A stretch of DNA of 63,239 nucleotides, filler included, from Choristocarpus tenellus KU-1152 (Eukaryota; Protista; Phaeophyceae), in NCBI GenBank assembly GCA_964200185.2. It is 9 parts of 9 records of this genome, joined end to end, with 100 filler letters (N's around TTAATTAATTAA, not from the genome) between each part and the next. Parts side by side here need not be neighbours in the genome. Positions count along the whole stretch, not along the records: positions 59,736 to 63,239 come from CAXNAD020019581.1; 8 more parts are not named here. One strand, 5' to 3'. Shown here in pieces: positions 62,611 to 63,239 of this stretch (position 1 is its first letter; every line of letters begins with the position of its first letter). A model generated the notes under the pieces. The model did no database searches. It was not told the origin of the DNA and saw only the letters and a list, made by a program, of their open reading frames with translations. The position numbers and the translations under genes were made by a program.

Positions 62611-62917
62611 TGTTACAGTGCGCTCCAGAAGCTTACCTGCACAGGATGTATAGCTCCCATCTACAGGCCTATATATGATACTAATGTACGTATAGGACTG
62701 CTGATACACAAGTCGTCAAGTATGCTGGGTCTCTCACCTGGATTATTATCACTATCATCGTATAAAGAGGAACTGGTCAATGATATCTTATCACAATCAT
62801 GGACCATAATGACCAAATAGTAAATTAATTGTCAACAAGTACAAACATATCAAATCTAGGACTTCAATGTCATAATGATCTTTATGAAACCGCCAGCAAG
62901 ACATATCGCCTGTAACA
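62611..62917 (-). mobile_element. Solo LTR (307 bp)
   Basis: TGTTACAGTG ... CGCCTGTAACA; colinear homolog of 46337-46642; flanks TTAT/GTAT. Confidence 0.85.
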
Positions 62918-63239
62918 GTATGACGTTGCAATTCTACCCCAAAAAGCACAAGCAATTTCACACGTGCCCTGAGCAGGTTTTTTCTTAGTCGTACCGTACA
63001 TCCTACTATTGATATATCGTAACATATATATCGTTAATATATATAGTACGATTTTTTTTTTGAAGGAGGAGGGGATGGGGTAGTGGAGGTGATGGAGGAA
63101 GGCGACGACGGCACACGAGACAGGCAAGGGCAAGGACCGAATATAGGTGGAGGGATTAACCCTGCTCCAGTAATAGATACCTAGGTTTCGATTTCGCAGA
63201 ATGGAGAAGGATTGACAGAGAACAGAATGGGCCCACATG

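Noticed and set aside
60953-63239. Multi-exon gene on the minus strand of the last contig
   Set aside because: Some splice-like signals exist, but no consistent frame or recognisable protein could be built.

Overview
Eukaryotic genomic DNA, not prokaryotic: nine unrelated contigs joined by artificial 100-bp spacers (N44-TTAATTAATTAA-N44). Intron-rich genes, TTAGGG repeats and a flagellar gene suggest a stramenopile such as a brown alga or relative (inference only). Most ORFs in the track are spurious; real genes appear only after splicing by eye. They are: an 18-exon, ~1190-aa internal segment of a CFAP54-like flagellar protein (contig 1); a PRA1-family gene and a complete 10-exon NDR/STK38 kinase arranged head-to-head (contig 2); the 3' end of a La/SSB-like RNA-binding protein with an RGG tail (contig 4); and the 3' end of an opine (octopine/tauropine-type) dehydrogenase ending in -SRM, a PTS1-like signal (contig 6). 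Introns and intergenic DNA carry two related MITE families sharing a GRSTSAAAGTATCT-like terminal repeat, a Gypsy LTR family with 11-bp TGTTACAGGCG termini and a tRNA-Gln-like primer site, Copia and chromodomain-Gypsy relics, a degenerate tRNA-Lys/SINE-like unit, minisatellites and short interstitial telomeric repeats. I found no clearly new multi-gene system. The best leads are the putative peroxisomal opine dehydrogenase, the unclassified MITE pair, the modular LTR family and the tRNA-derived element. All homology calls come from recalled motifs, not database searches.
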